Of a stretch of 64,000 nucleotides of DNA, positions 1 to 9,771 are shown piece after piece. Under the pieces are notes generated by a model. That model saw only the letters and a list, made by a program, of their open reading frames with translations. It was not told the DNA's origin and made no database searches. Origin of the DNA: Rhodobacterales bacterium (GTDB taxonomy: Bacteria; Pseudomonadota; Alphaproteobacteria; Rhodobacterales; Rhodobacteraceae); the NCBI GenBank assembly GCA_031441285.1, contig JANOER010000087.1, forward strand, positions 170 to 64,169, in the 5' to 3' direction. Position 1 is the first letter of the stretch. Every line of letters begins with the position of its first letter. Both the position numbers and the translations under genes were made by a program.

Positions 1-45
1 GCCCCCTGGTGGGCGTTTGCCTCCGGCGGGGATATTTTGGCAAAG

Positions 46-1101
46 ATGAAAGGGCCAAGCGCGGTGAAGGTGACGGCCGTCCTTTGCGTCAAGAACGAGG
101 GGGCCTTCCTTCTGGAATGGCTGGCGCATCACCGGGCGGTAGGGATCACCGACTTCCTGGTGTTTTCCAACGATTGCAGCGATGGAACCGACGCCATGCT
201 GGACCGGCTGCAAGATATGGGCTGGGTGACCCATGTTGCGAACCCCGGCCCGCATCCCGAAGGCCCGCAATGGGCGGCGCTGAAGCAGGCGGACCGTCAC
301 CCGCTGGTGCGGCAGGCGGACTGGCTGATCCCCTTCGATATCGACGAATTCATCAACATCCATGTTGGCAATCGCACCCTGCCGGCGCTGCTGGACGCGC
401 TGCCACTGGCCTCGGCCATTCCGCTGACCTGGCGGATGTTCGGCAATGCAGGCGTGCTTGGCATCCCTGACCGGACCGTCACCGAGACCTTCACCCGCGC
501 GGCCCCGGTGCCACTGCACTGGCCCTGGCGGGCGATGATGTTCAAGACGCTGTACCGCAATGACGGAAGCTACCGGAAACTTGGCGTCCACCGCCCCCGC
601 AACCCGGACCCCAGCCGCGCGGAGGGGCGGCGCTGGTTTGACGGGTCGGGTCGCGAGCTGCCACCGGCTTACCATGACAAGCGGGTCTTCCTTGATCCCG
701 GAGCGGATCCGTTCGGGCTGGCGCAGCTGAACCATTATGCATTGGGGTCGGTCGAGGGCTTTCTGGTGAAGTGCGACCGTGGCAACTCGTTCGCCAATAG
801 CGAAAGCTTGAACATGGACTATTGGGTGGAACGCAATTTCAACCAAGAGGAAGACCGGACCGTGCTGGCGCTGGACAGCACGGACGCCCGCCGTGGCCTG
901 CACGCCGATCCGGTACTGGGCCGGCTGCATGCCAAGGCGCTGGCCTGGCGCAAAGCGCGATTCGAGGCGCTGATGACCGAGGACGCGTGGCGTTCGCTGT
1001 ACGGCCGCCTCTTGATGACCCCCCCGACACGGGCGCTGTCGCAACCCGAGGCGGAATCGATCTGGAAGCCGCAAAGACGCCAAAGTCTGGATTTGGGTTG
1101 A
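46..1101 (+). CDS. glycosyltransferase (GT-A fold, family 2/92-like)
   Basis: ORF 37..1101. N-terminus VTAVLCVKNEG..LEWLAHHRAVGITDFLVFSNDCSDGT is typical of GT-A glycosyltransferases. ATG at 46 preferred over TTG at 37. Confidence 0.6.
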   Translation: MKGPSAVKVTAVLCVKNEGAFLLEWLAHHRAVGITDFLVFSNDCSDGTDAMLDRLQDMGWVTHVANPGPHPEGPQWAALKQADRHPLVRQADWLIPFDIDEFINIHVGNRTLPALLDALPLASAIPLTWRMFGNAGVLGIPDRTVTETFTRAAPVPLHWPWRAMMFKTLYRNDGSYRKLGVHRPRNPDPSRAEGRRWFDGSGRELPPAYHDKRVFLDPGADPFGLAQLNHYALGSVEGFLVKCDRGNSFANSESLNMDYWVERNFNQEEDRTVLALDSTDARRGLHADPVLGRLHAKALAWRKARFEALMTEDAWRSLYGRLLMTPPTRALSQPEAESIWKPQRRQSLDLG

Positions 1102-1277
1102 GGGGGGCCATTAACGCATTCGCCAGGGTTGTGCACTTGGCCCCAGGCGAAACAATCATGCACGGTTGTTTGCCCTGCCCTGCCCTTGTTCCGACTGCAA
1201 GGCCTTGTGGAAACTGGACTTTCATAACACATTTACCAAGGGATATTTGTGGGTAAGGCCTTCGGGCCCGGGTGAAC

Positions 1278-2168
1278 ATGGGCAATCGCGAAGCGCCTCC
1301 GGACTGGCAGCGCGCCATGCTAACGATCGCCGAGGGCGATGGCGATTTCCTGCCGCTGGGTGACCGGCATTTTGCCTTTTTCGCCGAGGAACGCCCGGTC
1401 CTTCTGGTCACCTTCGAGGATGCCCAGTCGCTGCGTGACCGCGGGGACAATCTGCCGGAGCATTACGCGCTGGCCAAATCCCGAGGCTGGTCGCTGCTGA
1501 CGATACTTGCGGAGGGCGAGACCTGGTGGCGCGATCCGGCGGTATTTTCCTACTTCGACCGGCTTGCCGACGACGGGTTCCTGGAAGACTTCGACCGGGT
1601 GATCTTTTACGGCTCGGGGCCGGCGGGCTATGCGGCGGCGGCCTATTCGATCACCGCTCCGGGGGCGGAACTGGTGCTGGTGGCACCGCGTGCGACGCTG
1701 GACCCGGCGATAGCGGGATGGGACGAACGCCACCGCATCGCCCGCCGCATCAATTTTCGCAACCGCTTCGGCTATGCCCCGGACCTGACCGAAAGCGCGT
1801 CCCGGGTCTGGTTGATCCATGATCCGCTGCACCGGCCCGATGCAATGCACGCAGCCCTGTTCCAGCGTCCCTGGGTCGTGCCGCTTTACGCCCGCTATAC
1901 CGGCGAGGGGACCGAAGACACCCTGCGCGAAATGCGCGTGCTGGACCGGATTCTGGAAGCGGTGATGGACTCCAAGTTCTCGCCCGCCTTCTTTGCCTGG
2001 CTCTGGCGCGGGCGGCGGTCAAACGGCAGCTATCTGCGGGCGATTCTGGCCGGCGCGCGTCTGTCGGGCCACCGCCGGCGCGAGATCATGATCTGCCGGT
2101 CGGTCACGACGCGGCTGAACGCGCCGCGCTTTGCCCGCCGGCTGGCCGAGTTGACCGGCGAAGCCTAG
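1278..2168 (+). CDS. conserved hypothetical protein
   Basis: ORF 1272..2168 with strong G/C third-position bias. No motif I can name. ATG 1278 or GTG 1272 as start. Confidence 0.5.
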   Translation: MGNREAPPDWQRAMLTIAEGDGDFLPLGDRHFAFFAEERPVLLVTFEDAQSLRDRGDNLPEHYALAKSRGWSLLTILAEGETWWRDPAVFSYFDRLADDGFLEDFDRVIFYGSGPAGYAAAAYSITAPGAELVLVAPRATLDPAIAGWDERHRIARRINFRNRFGYAPDLTESASRVWLIHDPLHRPDAMHAALFQRPWVVPLYARYTGEGTEDTLREMRVLDRILEAVMDSKFSPAFFAWLWRGRRSNGSYLRAILAGARLSGHRRREIMICRSVTTRLNAPRFARRLAELTGEA

Positions 2169-2299
2169 CAGGCAATCAGCGCGCGCAAGTCTGCGGTCCG
2201 GTGGACGGCTTTCTGCCAGTCCTGTTCGGCGCAGATGTTCATCTCCCGCTTGGGCATCGTGGTCGGGCAATCGACGGTCTGGGCAAAGTCGCGGACCAT
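2165..2299 (-). CDS. small ORF (44 aa) or 5'-truncated gene remnant; frame open to 2425
   Basis: Hand translation gives [44 protein letters not shown]. Third positions are GC-rich. It is below the 60-aa track cutoff. It fills the gap between the 1278-2168 gene and pyrC. Confidence 0.35.
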   Translation of the reverse strand: MVRDFAQTVDCPTTMPKREMNICAEQDWQKAVHRTADLRALIAC

Positions 2300-2415
2300 G
2301 CGGCCGGCAAAGGCGATCAGGGCGGGGCGGACTCCTTCGGTCGCGGCAATCCTGTCGCTGTCCGGCCCTTGATGCCACTGGAAACGCCGTCCGGTTTGCA
2401 GTACCCAGACGTCCC

Positions 2416-3453
2416 ATGCACCAGATCACCCTGCGACGCCCCGACGACTGGCACCTGCATCTGCGCGATGGCGCGATGCTGCGGGCCGTATTGCCTGAAA
2501 GCGCGCGTCACTTCGCCCGTGCGATCGTGATGCCGAACCTTGTCCCGCCGGTGGTGACGCTGGCCGATGCAGTCGCCTACCGTGACCGCATCCTGGCCGC
2601 CCTGCCACAGGGCAGCACCTTTCAGCCGCTGATGACCCTCTATCTGACCGAAGGCACCGACCCCGAGGATGTGGCCCGCGCCCATGCCTCGGGTCTGGTG
2701 CAAGCGGTCAAGCTTTATCCCGCCGGGGCCACCACCAATTCGCAATCGGGCGTGCGCGACATCCTTGCAGTGCAGCCGATCCTTGACCGCATGGCCGGGA
2801 TCGGCTTGCCGCTGTGCCTGCATGGCGAGGTCACCGACCCGCAGGTCGACATCTTCGACCGCGAGGCCGTGTTCATCGACACCGTGCTTGACCCCTTGCG
2901 CCGCCGCACCCCCGGCCTGCGCGTGGTGCTGGAGCATGTGACGACCGAAGAAGGCGTGGCCTATGTCTGCGAGGGCGGTCCGGACATTGGGGCCACGATC
3001 ACGGTCCACCACCTGATCATCAACCGCAATGCCATCCTCGCCGGGGGCATCCGGCCGCATTACTATTGCCTGCCGGTGGCAAAGCGCGAAAAGCACCGGC
3101 TGGCACTGCGTGCGGCGGCAACCAGCGGTTCAGGTCCGTTCTTTCTGGGCACCGATTCCGCGCCGCATCCGGATCATCTGAAGGAGCATGCCTGCGGCTG
3201 CGCCGGCTGTTTCACGGCCACGAACGCGATGTCCCTCCTGGCCGAGGTCTTTGAGCAGGACGCAGCACTTGACCGGCTGGAGGCCTTCACCTCGCTGAAC
3301 GGTCCGGCCTTCTACCGCCTGCCCGCGAACGAAGCCCGGATCACGCTGACCAAGGGCAGCGCTGTCGCCTATCCTCGCAAGATCGAGGCCGAGGCCGGGC
3401 CGGTCACCGTCTTCGACGCAGGCTTTCCGCTACATTGGTCCGTGACCGACTGA
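2416..3453 (+). CDS. pyrC: dihydroorotase (homodimeric type)
   Basis: N-terminus [23 protein letters not shown] and C-terminal GTDSAPH motif, characteristic of PyrC. Confidence 0.9.
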   Translation: MHQITLRRPDDWHLHLRDGAMLRAVLPESARHFARAIVMPNLVPPVVTLADAVAYRDRILAALPQGSTFQPLMTLYLTEGTDPEDVARAHASGLVQAVKLYPAGATTNSQSGVRDILAVQPILDRMAGIGLPLCLHGEVTDPQVDIFDREAVFIDTVLDPLRRRTPGLRVVLEHVTTEEGVAYVCEGGPDIGATITVHHLIINRNAILAGGIRPHYYCLPVAKREKHRLALRAAATSGSGPFFLGTDSAPHPDHLKEHACGCAGCFTATNAMSLLAEVFEQDAALDRLEAFTSLNGPAFYRLPANEARITLTKGSAVAYPRKIEAEAGPVTVFDAGFPLHWSVTD

Positions 3454-3463
3454 GGAGCGTCCC

Positions 3464-3946
3464 ATGCAGCACAACACGCTGAAATCCCGCCTTGGCCAGC
3501 TTGCGCTTGCGCTGCTGAATGCCACGCTGCTGTTGGCGGTCCTGCTGGTTTTCGGCCTTTGGCTGCTGATCGGGCGGGTGCAAGGCTTTGCCACCGACAC
3601 CGCACAGGCTGCCGCAGGCGCAATGGGCGAACAGCTGGATGGGAAACTGGGCGACCGGGTTGACAGCCTTCAGGCCACGCTGGACAGCCTTTCCACCCTC
3701 GACACCCGGATCGGCGCGGCCATTGCCGGCGCGGGAACCGCCGACCGCCCGGCTTTGGCCGAACTGACCGCGCTGCGAACAGACGTGCAGGGCCTGACTG
3801 CCGCCGTCAGCGCGCTGAACGCGACCGCCGCGGGCCTGCGCGCCCAGCCCGTCGCTGCCATCAGCGAAACGTTGCACCAGATCCTGCTGGACCTTGCCGC
3901 ACGGTTCGGCCCGGCCTCTCCCCCATCTTCCCCGCCTGCAAACTGA
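3464..3946 (+). CDS. hypothetical membrane-anchored protein
   Basis: ATG preceded by GAGGAG. N-terminal hydrophobic helix [25 protein letters not shown] followed by an Ala/Leu-rich region. Confidence 0.5.
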   Translation: MQHNTLKSRLGQLALALLNATLLLAVLLVFGLWLLIGRVQGFATDTAQAAAGAMGEQLDGKLGDRVDSLQATLDSLSTLDTRIGAAIAGAGTADRPALAELTALRTDVQGLTAAVSALNATAAGLRAQPVAAISETLHQILLDLAARFGPASPPSSPPAN

Positions 3947-3953
3947 GGTTGCC

Positions 3954-4634
3954 ATGATCCCCTCCGCCTTTCCGCCGCGCGACGAAATCGCCCGCCTGAC
4001 CGCCCGCGCGCTGCTGGAGATCAAGGCGGTGCATTTCAACGCCGACACCCCCTTTACCCTGGCCTCCGGCCTGCCCTCGCCCACGTACATCGATTGCCGC
4101 AAGCTGATCAGCTACCCGCGCCTCCGGTCCGTCCTGATGGACTTCCTGACCGTCACCGTGCTGCGCGACGCAGGGTTTGAGGCCTTCGACAACATCGCGG
4201 GGGGGGAAACCGCAGGAATTCCCTTTGCAGCACTGGTTGCCGAGCGGATGGCACTGCCGATGACCTATGTTCGCAAGAAACCCAAGGGCTATGGCCGCAA
4301 CGCCCGCATCGAAGGCGCGATGTCGGAAGGACAGCGGGTGCTTCTGGTCGAGGATCTGACGACGGATGGCGGCTCGAAACTGTCCTTCGTCGATGCGATC
4401 CGGGAGACGGGGGCCACCTGCGGCCATACCGCGGTGATCTTCTACTACGGCATCTTCCCCGAAACCGAGGCGCGGCTGGCCGATCACGGGGTGAAACTTC
4501 TGCATCTGTGCACCTGGTGGGACGTGCTGGCCGAAGCCCGCGCGCAAGGGTCGTTCGATGCCGCCACCCTGACCGAGGTGGAAAGTTTCCTGACCGCCCC
4601 CCGCGCCTGGCAGGACGCGCGAAAACCCGCCTGA
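3954..4634 (+). CDS. pyrE: orotate phosphoribosyltransferase
   Basis: PRPP-binding motif [16 protein letters not shown] at 3954 chosen inside ORF 3894..4634. Confidence 0.9.
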   Translation: MIPSAFPPRDEIARLTARALLEIKAVHFNADTPFTLASGLPSPTYIDCRKLISYPRLRSVLMDFLTVTVLRDAGFEAFDNIAGGETAGIPFAALVAERMALPMTYVRKKPKGYGRNARIEGAMSEGQRVLLVEDLTTDGGSKLSFVDAIRETGATCGHTAVIFYYGIFPETEARLADHGVKLLHLCTWWDVLAEARAQGSFDAATLTEVESFLTAPRAWQDARKPA

Positions 4635-4792
4635 TCCGCAGCACCTGCGCGTTTTATCGGTGGGCAAGCCTGTGGGGGCTCTGGGGATAATCCCGCCGCG
4701 AATCGGCTTTTCTGGTAGCCTGCATTGCCTTTCTGGCAACATGTGGTAGACTGATAAGAAGAAACCACGCCCGAACCAGCCGCGCTTCGGCC

Positions 4793-4801
4793 TTATCCAC
4801 A
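4793..4801 (+). promoter_or_regulatory. consensus DnaA box TTATCCACA upstream of dnaB
   Basis: Exact 9-mer about 65 nt upstream of the dnaB ATG. A one-mismatch box TTATCCCCA lies on the other strand at 4682-4690. Confidence 0.4.
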
Positions 4802-4865
4802 GAGTTGTCCGACCTTGCGCGCCCCCCCTGCAATCGGGCAAAGCGGGCAGCTTGAGGAGGCCACA

Positions 4866-6368
4866 ATGACCGAGATCACCCCGTTCCGTCCGCTGGTTCC
4901 GGCGACCGCCCCGACCGAGACGGACGTCCTGCCGCACAATATCGAGGCCGAGCAGCAGCTTCTTGGCGCGATCCTGACCAACAACGACATCTATGACCGC
5001 ATCTCGTCGCTGGTGAAGGCCGAGCAGTTCTTCGATCCGGTCCACCAGCGCATCTTCGAGATCGCCGCCGCGCGGATCCAGAAGAACGCGCTGGCCTCGC
5101 CGGTGACGCTGAAGGCGTTTCTGGAAGATGACACCGGGCTGCGCGATCTTGGCGGGGCCTCCTACCTTGTCCGGCTGGCGGGGGCTGCGATCTCGGCCTA
5201 TGCGGCGCGTGACTACGCCCAAATGATCTATGATCTTTCGGTGCGCCGGGAACTGATCCAGCTTGGCCGCGACATCGCGGCCCAGGCGGCCAAGGTCGAG
5301 ATCGCAAGCGAACCGAAGGACCAGATCGTTGAGGCGGAACAGCGCCTCTACAAGCTTGGCGAACAAGGCACATCCGAGCGTGGCTTTCAAAGCTTTCTCA
5401 AGGCAGTAACCGACGCCGTTAATGTGGCAAACGCCGCCTATCAACGCGATGGGGGCCTTGCGGGAATCTCGACCGGGCTGATCGACATGGACAAGAAGCT
5501 GGGCGGGCTGCACCCGTCTGACCTTCTGATCCTTGCCGGGCGGCCGTCGATGGGCAAGACTTCGCTGGCGACAAACATCGCCTTCAACATCGCCAAGGCG
5601 CACCGGCGCGGGCGGCTGCCTGACGGCGGTGACGGTGCGGTCGAAGGCGGGGTGGTGGGGTTCTTCAGCCTCGAGATGTCGGCCGAACAGCTTGCGGCGC
5701 GGATCCTGTCCGAAGCCTCGGAAGTGCCGTCCGAACAGATCCGCCGCGGCGACATGACCGAACAGGAGTTCCGCCGCTTTGTCGAGGCCGCCAAAGCGCT
5801 GGAAGCCTGCCCGCTTTACATCGACGACACACCCGCCCTGCCGATCAGCCAGGTTGCCGCCCGCGCCCGCCGTCTGAAAAGGACGCATGGGCTGGACGTG
5901 CTGATCATCGACTATCTGCAACTGCTGAAGGGCACCTCGAGGGAAAACCGGGTGCAGGAAGTCTCGGAAATCACGCAAGGATTGAAGGCCATCGCCAAGG
6001 AACTGAACATCCCGGTGATCGCGCTGTCGCAGCTGTCACGCCAGGTGGAAAACCGCGAGGACAAGCGCCCGCAACTGTCCGACCTGCGGGAATCCGGCTC
6101 GATCGAGCAGGATGCCGATGTGGTCATGTTCGTCTACCGCGACGAATACTACCGAGAGCGGGAAAAGCCGGGCGATCACGAACTGGAAAAGATGGCGCAG
6201 TGGCAGACCATCATGGAATCGGTGCATGGCAAGGCCGAGGTGATCATCGGCAAGCAGCGCCACGGTCCGATCGGCACGATCGAACTCAGCTTCGAAGGCC
6301 GCTTCACCCGCTTTGGCAACCTTGCGAAAGCGTGGCAGGGCTCTGGCGGGCAAGACGCCCGCTTCTAG
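4866..6368 (+). CDS. dnaB: replicative DNA helicase
   Basis: PHNIEAEQQLLGAIL N-terminal motif, Walker A GRPSMGKTS, and SQLSRQVENR. ATG 4866 is preceded by GAGGAGG. Confidence 0.92.
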   Translation: MTEITPFRPLVPATAPTETDVLPHNIEAEQQLLGAILTNNDIYDRISSLVKAEQFFDPVHQRIFEIAAARIQKNALASPVTLKAFLEDDTGLRDLGGASYLVRLAGAAISAYAARDYAQMIYDLSVRRELIQLGRDIAAQAAKVEIASEPKDQIVEAEQRLYKLGEQGTSERGFQSFLKAVTDAVNVANAAYQRDGGLAGISTGLIDMDKKLGGLHPSDLLILAGRPSMGKTSLATNIAFNIAKAHRRGRLPDGGDGAVEGGVVGFFSLEMSAEQLAARILSEASEVPSEQIRRGDMTEQEFRRFVEAAKALEACPLYIDDTPALPISQVAARARRLKRTHGLDVLIIDYLQLLKGTSRENRVQEVSEITQGLKAIAKELNIPVIALSQLSRQVENREDKRPQLSDLRESGSIEQDADVVMFVYRDEYYREREKPGDHELEKMAQWQTIMESVHGKAEVIIGKQRHGPIGTIELSFEGRFTRFGNLAKAWQGSGGQDARF

Positions 6369-6410
6369 GCCGATCCCGCACGGGTGCCAGCTTCACGGCA
6401 AAAGGCAGGC

Positions 6411-6432
6411 GGCCGCGCGTCAGGGCGCGGCC
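6411..6432. terminator. GC-rich hairpin between convergent dnaB and ABC ATPase genes
   Basis: GGCCGCGC-GTCAGG-GCGCGGCC (8-bp stem). A short A/T run flanks only one side. Confidence 0.4.
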
Positions 6433-6450
6433 CTGCGCAGGCTTGTGGTA

Positions 6451-7545
6451 TCAGCGGAAAAGGACCAGGGCCGACGGGCTCCAGGCGACGCGGACCTGCG
6501 TGCCGACCTCCAGCACCGGGCGCCCCGGAACGTTGCGCATCGACAGCCGCACCTCGACATCGGTGCCACCCAGGTAGACGTCATAGTAGGTCATGTCGCC
6601 GAAGTAGATCACCTCGTCGATCACGCCGTCCGTCTCGCGCTCGGAGGCCTTCTGGTCATCGTACAGAAGGGTCAGCGTCTCGGGCCGCAAGCCGACAACC
6701 GGGCTGTCGCCGGTAGCGGCCGGTGCCAGGGAAAGGTCGATCTCTACCTTGCCCAGCCCCTTGGCCTCGACCTCGGCCTTGCCGCCGCCTTCCGACAGGA
6801 TCGTCGCCGGCACGAAGTTCATCGTGCCGATGAAATCGGCGACCTTCTTCGTGGCGGGGCGGCGATACAGGGTCTCCGGGTCGGCAAGCTGGGCGATTTC
6901 GCCTTCGAACATCACTGCGATCCGGTCTGACATGACCAGCGCCTCTTCCTGGTCATGGGTCACCAGGATGAAGGTGATCCCGACCTGACGCTGCAGCTTG
7001 ATCAGTTCGACCTGCATGTGTTCGCGCATCTTCTTGTCCAGCGCCGACAGCGGCTCGTCCAAGAGCAGCACCTTCGGCTTCAGGATCAGCGCCCGCGCCA
7101 GCGCCACCCGCTGCCGCTGGCCGCCCGACAGCGCATGTGCCGCGCGGCCGCCGAAGCCCTTCAGCCCGACCATCTCCAGCATCTCGGCGACCGCCTTCGC
7201 CTTTTCGTCCGCCTTCCGCGGATCCTTGCGCAGACCGAAACCAACGTTCTCAGCCACGCTCATGTGCGGGAAGATCGCATAGCTTTGGAACACCATGTTC
7301 GTCGGCCGCACGTTGGCGGGCACCGAGGCCATGTCCTTGCCATCGATCATGATCACACCTGAGGAGATACCCTCGAACCCGGCGATCGTGCGCAAAAGCG
7401 TGGTCTTGCCGCAGCCCGACGGGCCAAGCAGCGAGAAGAACTCGCCGGCCTTGATCGTGCCGTTGATGCCGCGCAGGGCATGGTAGTCGCCATAATACTT
7501 ATGGACATCCTTGAATTCGATCATGGTCGTTTGGTCAGACGTCAC
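6451..7545 (-). CDS. ABC transporter ATP-binding protein (PotA/spermidine-putrescine type)
   Basis: Walker A GPSGCGKTT, signature LSGGQRQR, Walker B LLLDEP, and a C-terminal TOBE-like domain. Confidence 0.85.
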   Translation of the reverse strand: MTSDQTTMIEFKDVHKYYGDYHALRGINGTIKAGEFFSLLGPSGCGKTTLLRTIAGFEGISSGVIMIDGKDMASVPANVRPTNMVFQSYAIFPHMSVAENVGFGLRKDPRKADEKAKAVAEMLEMVGLKGFGGRAAHALSGGQRQRVALARALILKPKVLLLDEPLSALDKKMREHMQVELIKLQRQVGITFILVTHDQEEALVMSDRIAVMFEGEIAQLADPETLYRRPATKKVADFIGTMNFVPATILSEGGGKAEVEAKGLGKVEIDLSLAPAATGDSPVVGLRPETLTLLYDDQKASERETDGVIDEVIYFGDMTYYDVYLGGTDVEVRLSMRNVPGRPVLEVGTQVRVAWSPSALVLFR

Positions 7546-8351
7546 AGGAAGCCTCCGGAATCTTTCCCACCGGTCTTGGCGATGCCACGGCGGCGGAAAT
7601 ACTCGGCCACGCCGAGAAGGATGATCGAAAAGAGCACAAGCACGGTTCCCAGCGCCAGCATCGAGGGCACTTTGGCGGGGAAGCGGAACTGGCCGAAGAT
7701 GTAGACCGACAGGATCGGCTGACCGGACCCGAGGAAGTTCGAGATGATGAATTCGTCGAACGAGATAGTGAAGCAGATCAGGAACGAGGCCATGATGCCG
7801 GGCATCACCAGCGGCAGCACGATCAGCCGGAAGGTCGACAGCGGCGTCTCGCCAAGGTCCATCGCCGCCTCTTCCAGCGAGCGGTCCAGCGACTGGAAGG
7901 CCGAGGTCAGGATCGCGACGGCAAAGGGCGTGCAGACCAGCACCTGTCCGACGATCACGGTGAACAGCGACAGCGGGACGCCGATCGACAGCAGGACCAC
8001 CAGAAGCGCCATCGCCACGATCATTTCGGGCAGCACCAGGGGCAGCATGATCAGCCCCATGATCGCGGCCTTGCCCGGAAAGCGGTAGCGCACCGAGGCG
8101 CGGGCGGCGAAGACGCCCAGCACCGTCGACAACGACGCCACCGACAGCGCGATGATCAGGCTGTTCCAGGCCGCGTTGCGCAGGTTCTGGTCGGCCGCCA
8201 TCTCGCGGAACCAGGCCAGCGTCAGGCCTTGCAGCGGGAAGGCCACCACCTTGCTGTCATTGAAGGCAAAGATCGGCAGAAGGATGATCGGGCCGTAAAG
8301 AAACAGCAGGTAGAACAGCGCGTAGCCGTGCAGAAGCGGTGCCTTCTTCAT
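7542..8351 (-). CDS. ABC transporter permease
   Basis: Multi-TM protein. 4-nt overlaps with both neighbouring genes. Confidence 0.8.
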   Translation of the reverse strand: MKKAPLLHGYALFYLLFLYGPIILLPIFAFNDSKVVAFPLQGLTLAWFREMAADQNLRNAAWNSLIIALSVASLSTVLGVFAARASVRYRFPGKAAIMGLIMLPLVLPEMIVAMALLVVLLSIGVPLSLFTVIVGQVLVCTPFAVAILTSAFQSLDRSLEEAAMDLGETPLSTFRLIVLPLVMPGIMASFLICFTISFDEFIISNFLGSGQPILSVYIFGQFRFPAKVPSMLALGTVLVLFSIILLGVAEYFRRRGIAKTGGKDSGGFL

Positions 8352-9226
8352 TTCTGCCCCCCGATGAAGCGGCGGTTCAGAAGGACGAAGGCCACGCTGA
8401 CTGCACCGACCATCAGCATCGACGCCACCGCGAAAGCCGAGCCTTGCGCGAAGTTGTTCAGCTTCAGAAGCTGGGTCTCGATGAAGTTCGCAATCATCGG
8501 TTCCTTACCATCGCCGACCAGTTCCGGCGTGACATAGTCACCCACCGTCGGGATGAACACGATCAGCACCGCCGCGATCACCCCCGGCATGGTCAGGGGC
8601 AGCGTGACCCGCAGGAAGGTGACCCAGCGGCTTTCGCCAAGGTCCTGCCCCGCCTCCAAGAGGCTGCGGTCAACCTTTTCCAGGCTGACGAAGATCGGCA
8701 GCACGGCAAAGGGCGCGTAGGCGTGTGCAAGCACGATGATGATCGACAGGATCGAATAGCTGGCGATGTTCAAGGGTTGCAGCCCGACCGAAGTCAGTGC
8801 GGAGTCGATGACCCCGCCAAAGCCAAGGATCACGAACCACAGGCTGACCCGGATGATGTAGCTGGTCCAGAACGGGATGGTGATCAGGAACAGCCACAGG
8901 CTCTTGCGTTCGGGGCGGACGTGGAAGCTGACGAAATAGGCCACCGGATAGGCCAGGATCACGGTCATGAAGGTCACCACCAGCGCCACCAGAAGCGATT
9001 TCAGCATGATGTAGCCGTAGACCGGTCTTGACCCAAGCTCGGCAAAGTTCTCAAGCGTGAACGGCAACGAGGTCGAACCGCGCCCCCCGGTCAGCACCGA
9101 ATAGACCAGCACCGTGGCCAGGGGCACCGCCAGCAAGAGGATCACATAGATCGCCGTCGGGCTGATCAGCTTGAGGCCCGCCCTGGCCTCGGATCTTGGC
9201 GTCGCGGCCATCTTTCCCCCTGTCAT
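8348..9226 (-). CDS. ABC transporter permease
   Basis: Multi-TM protein. First gene of the three-gene operon. Confidence 0.8.
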   Translation of the reverse strand: MTGGKMAATPRSEARAGLKLISPTAIYVILLLAVPLATVLVYSVLTGGRGSTSLPFTLENFAELGSRPVYGYIMLKSLLVALVVTFMTVILAYPVAYFVSFHVRPERKSLWLFLITIPFWTSYIIRVSLWFVILGFGGVIDSALTSVGLQPLNIASYSILSIIIVLAHAYAPFAVLPIFVSLEKVDRSLLEAGQDLGESRWVTFLRVTLPLTMPGVIAAVLIVFIPTVGDYVTPELVGDGKEPMIANFIETQLLKLNNFAQGSAFAVASMLMVGAVSVAFVLLNRRFIGGQK

Positions 9227-9258
9227 GCCCGCGCTTGGTTGCGCAGGTCACCCTTCGT

Positions 9259-9272
9259 GATTTGATCAAATC
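9259..9272. promoter_or_regulatory. perfect 14-bp palindrome GATTTGATCAAATC upstream of the ABC operon
   Basis: Lies 33-46 nt upstream of the permease start (9226). AT-rich in a GC-rich genome. Candidate operator. Confidence 0.3.
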
Positions 9273-9369
9273 TAGCCCGACCGGGCATGACAAGGCAAGA
9301 GGGGCATTATCGCAAACAGAAATCAAGCCCGCAGACGGGGTGGCAGAAGCGGTCGTCAGCGGCGGAGGG

Positions 9370-9630
9370 TCAGCCCGCGACGCGCTCGATGGCGATTGCC
9401 CGCTTTTTCAGCTCGTCGTAAAGCGTTGGCACCACACGGATACTTCCGACAGCGACGCGCAAGGCATCACTGATGCGGGCTTCGGACGGATCGGTGCTGG
9501 CGACGCGCCAGATCATCCGCCGCGCCACGCCATCGTCATAGACGATCTCGGTGCCGCCGTGCCGCGTCTTGCGCCAGCCAAGAAAATCCGCGCCGCCATG
9601 CGGCGCGTGGAAGGTGGATTGCATTCCCAT
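9370..9630 (-). CDS. hypothetical protein (86 aa)
   Basis: GC3-rich ORF. No recognisable motif. Confidence 0.5.
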   Translation of the reverse strand: MGMQSTFHAPHGGADFLGWRKTRHGGTEIVYDDGVARRMIWRVASTDPSEARISDALRVAVGSIRVVPTLYDELKKRAIAIERVAG

Positions 9631-9771
9631 TTTCGGGCTCTCTTTTTTATCTGCTCTGCGATGATTCTTCCGCCACGGAAGCCGGTCCGGTCAACCGAGG
9701 TTTCGGGCAAATCCTCGTGATAGCTGCGCAATTGCAACAGGTCGACCTGGTCCCACCCATGCGCGCCGGGT

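Noticed and set aside
28-1253. Shared motif GGGATATTT(T)G upstream of both the glycosyltransferase (28-40) and the next gene (1240-1253), as a possible common -10 element or leaderless promoter.
   Set aside because: No matching -35 is present. The first copy is at the window edge, so its context is missing. The similarity is only about 10 nt.
3861-5978. Very long ORFs antisense to known genes. Examples: 3861-5978 (705 aa), 14484-16901 (805 aa), 17202-19226 (674 aa), 22707-24623 (638 aa), 36459-38804 (781 aa) and 43099-45684 (861 aa).
   Set aside because: Each lies opposite a confidently recognised gene (pyrE/dnaB, kpsE, the oxidoreductase, xerD/corC, dxs, bchX/bchY). Each is Arg/Gly/Pro-rich with no motifs. 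Stop-poor antisense frames are expected in a high-GC genome with GC-rich third positions.
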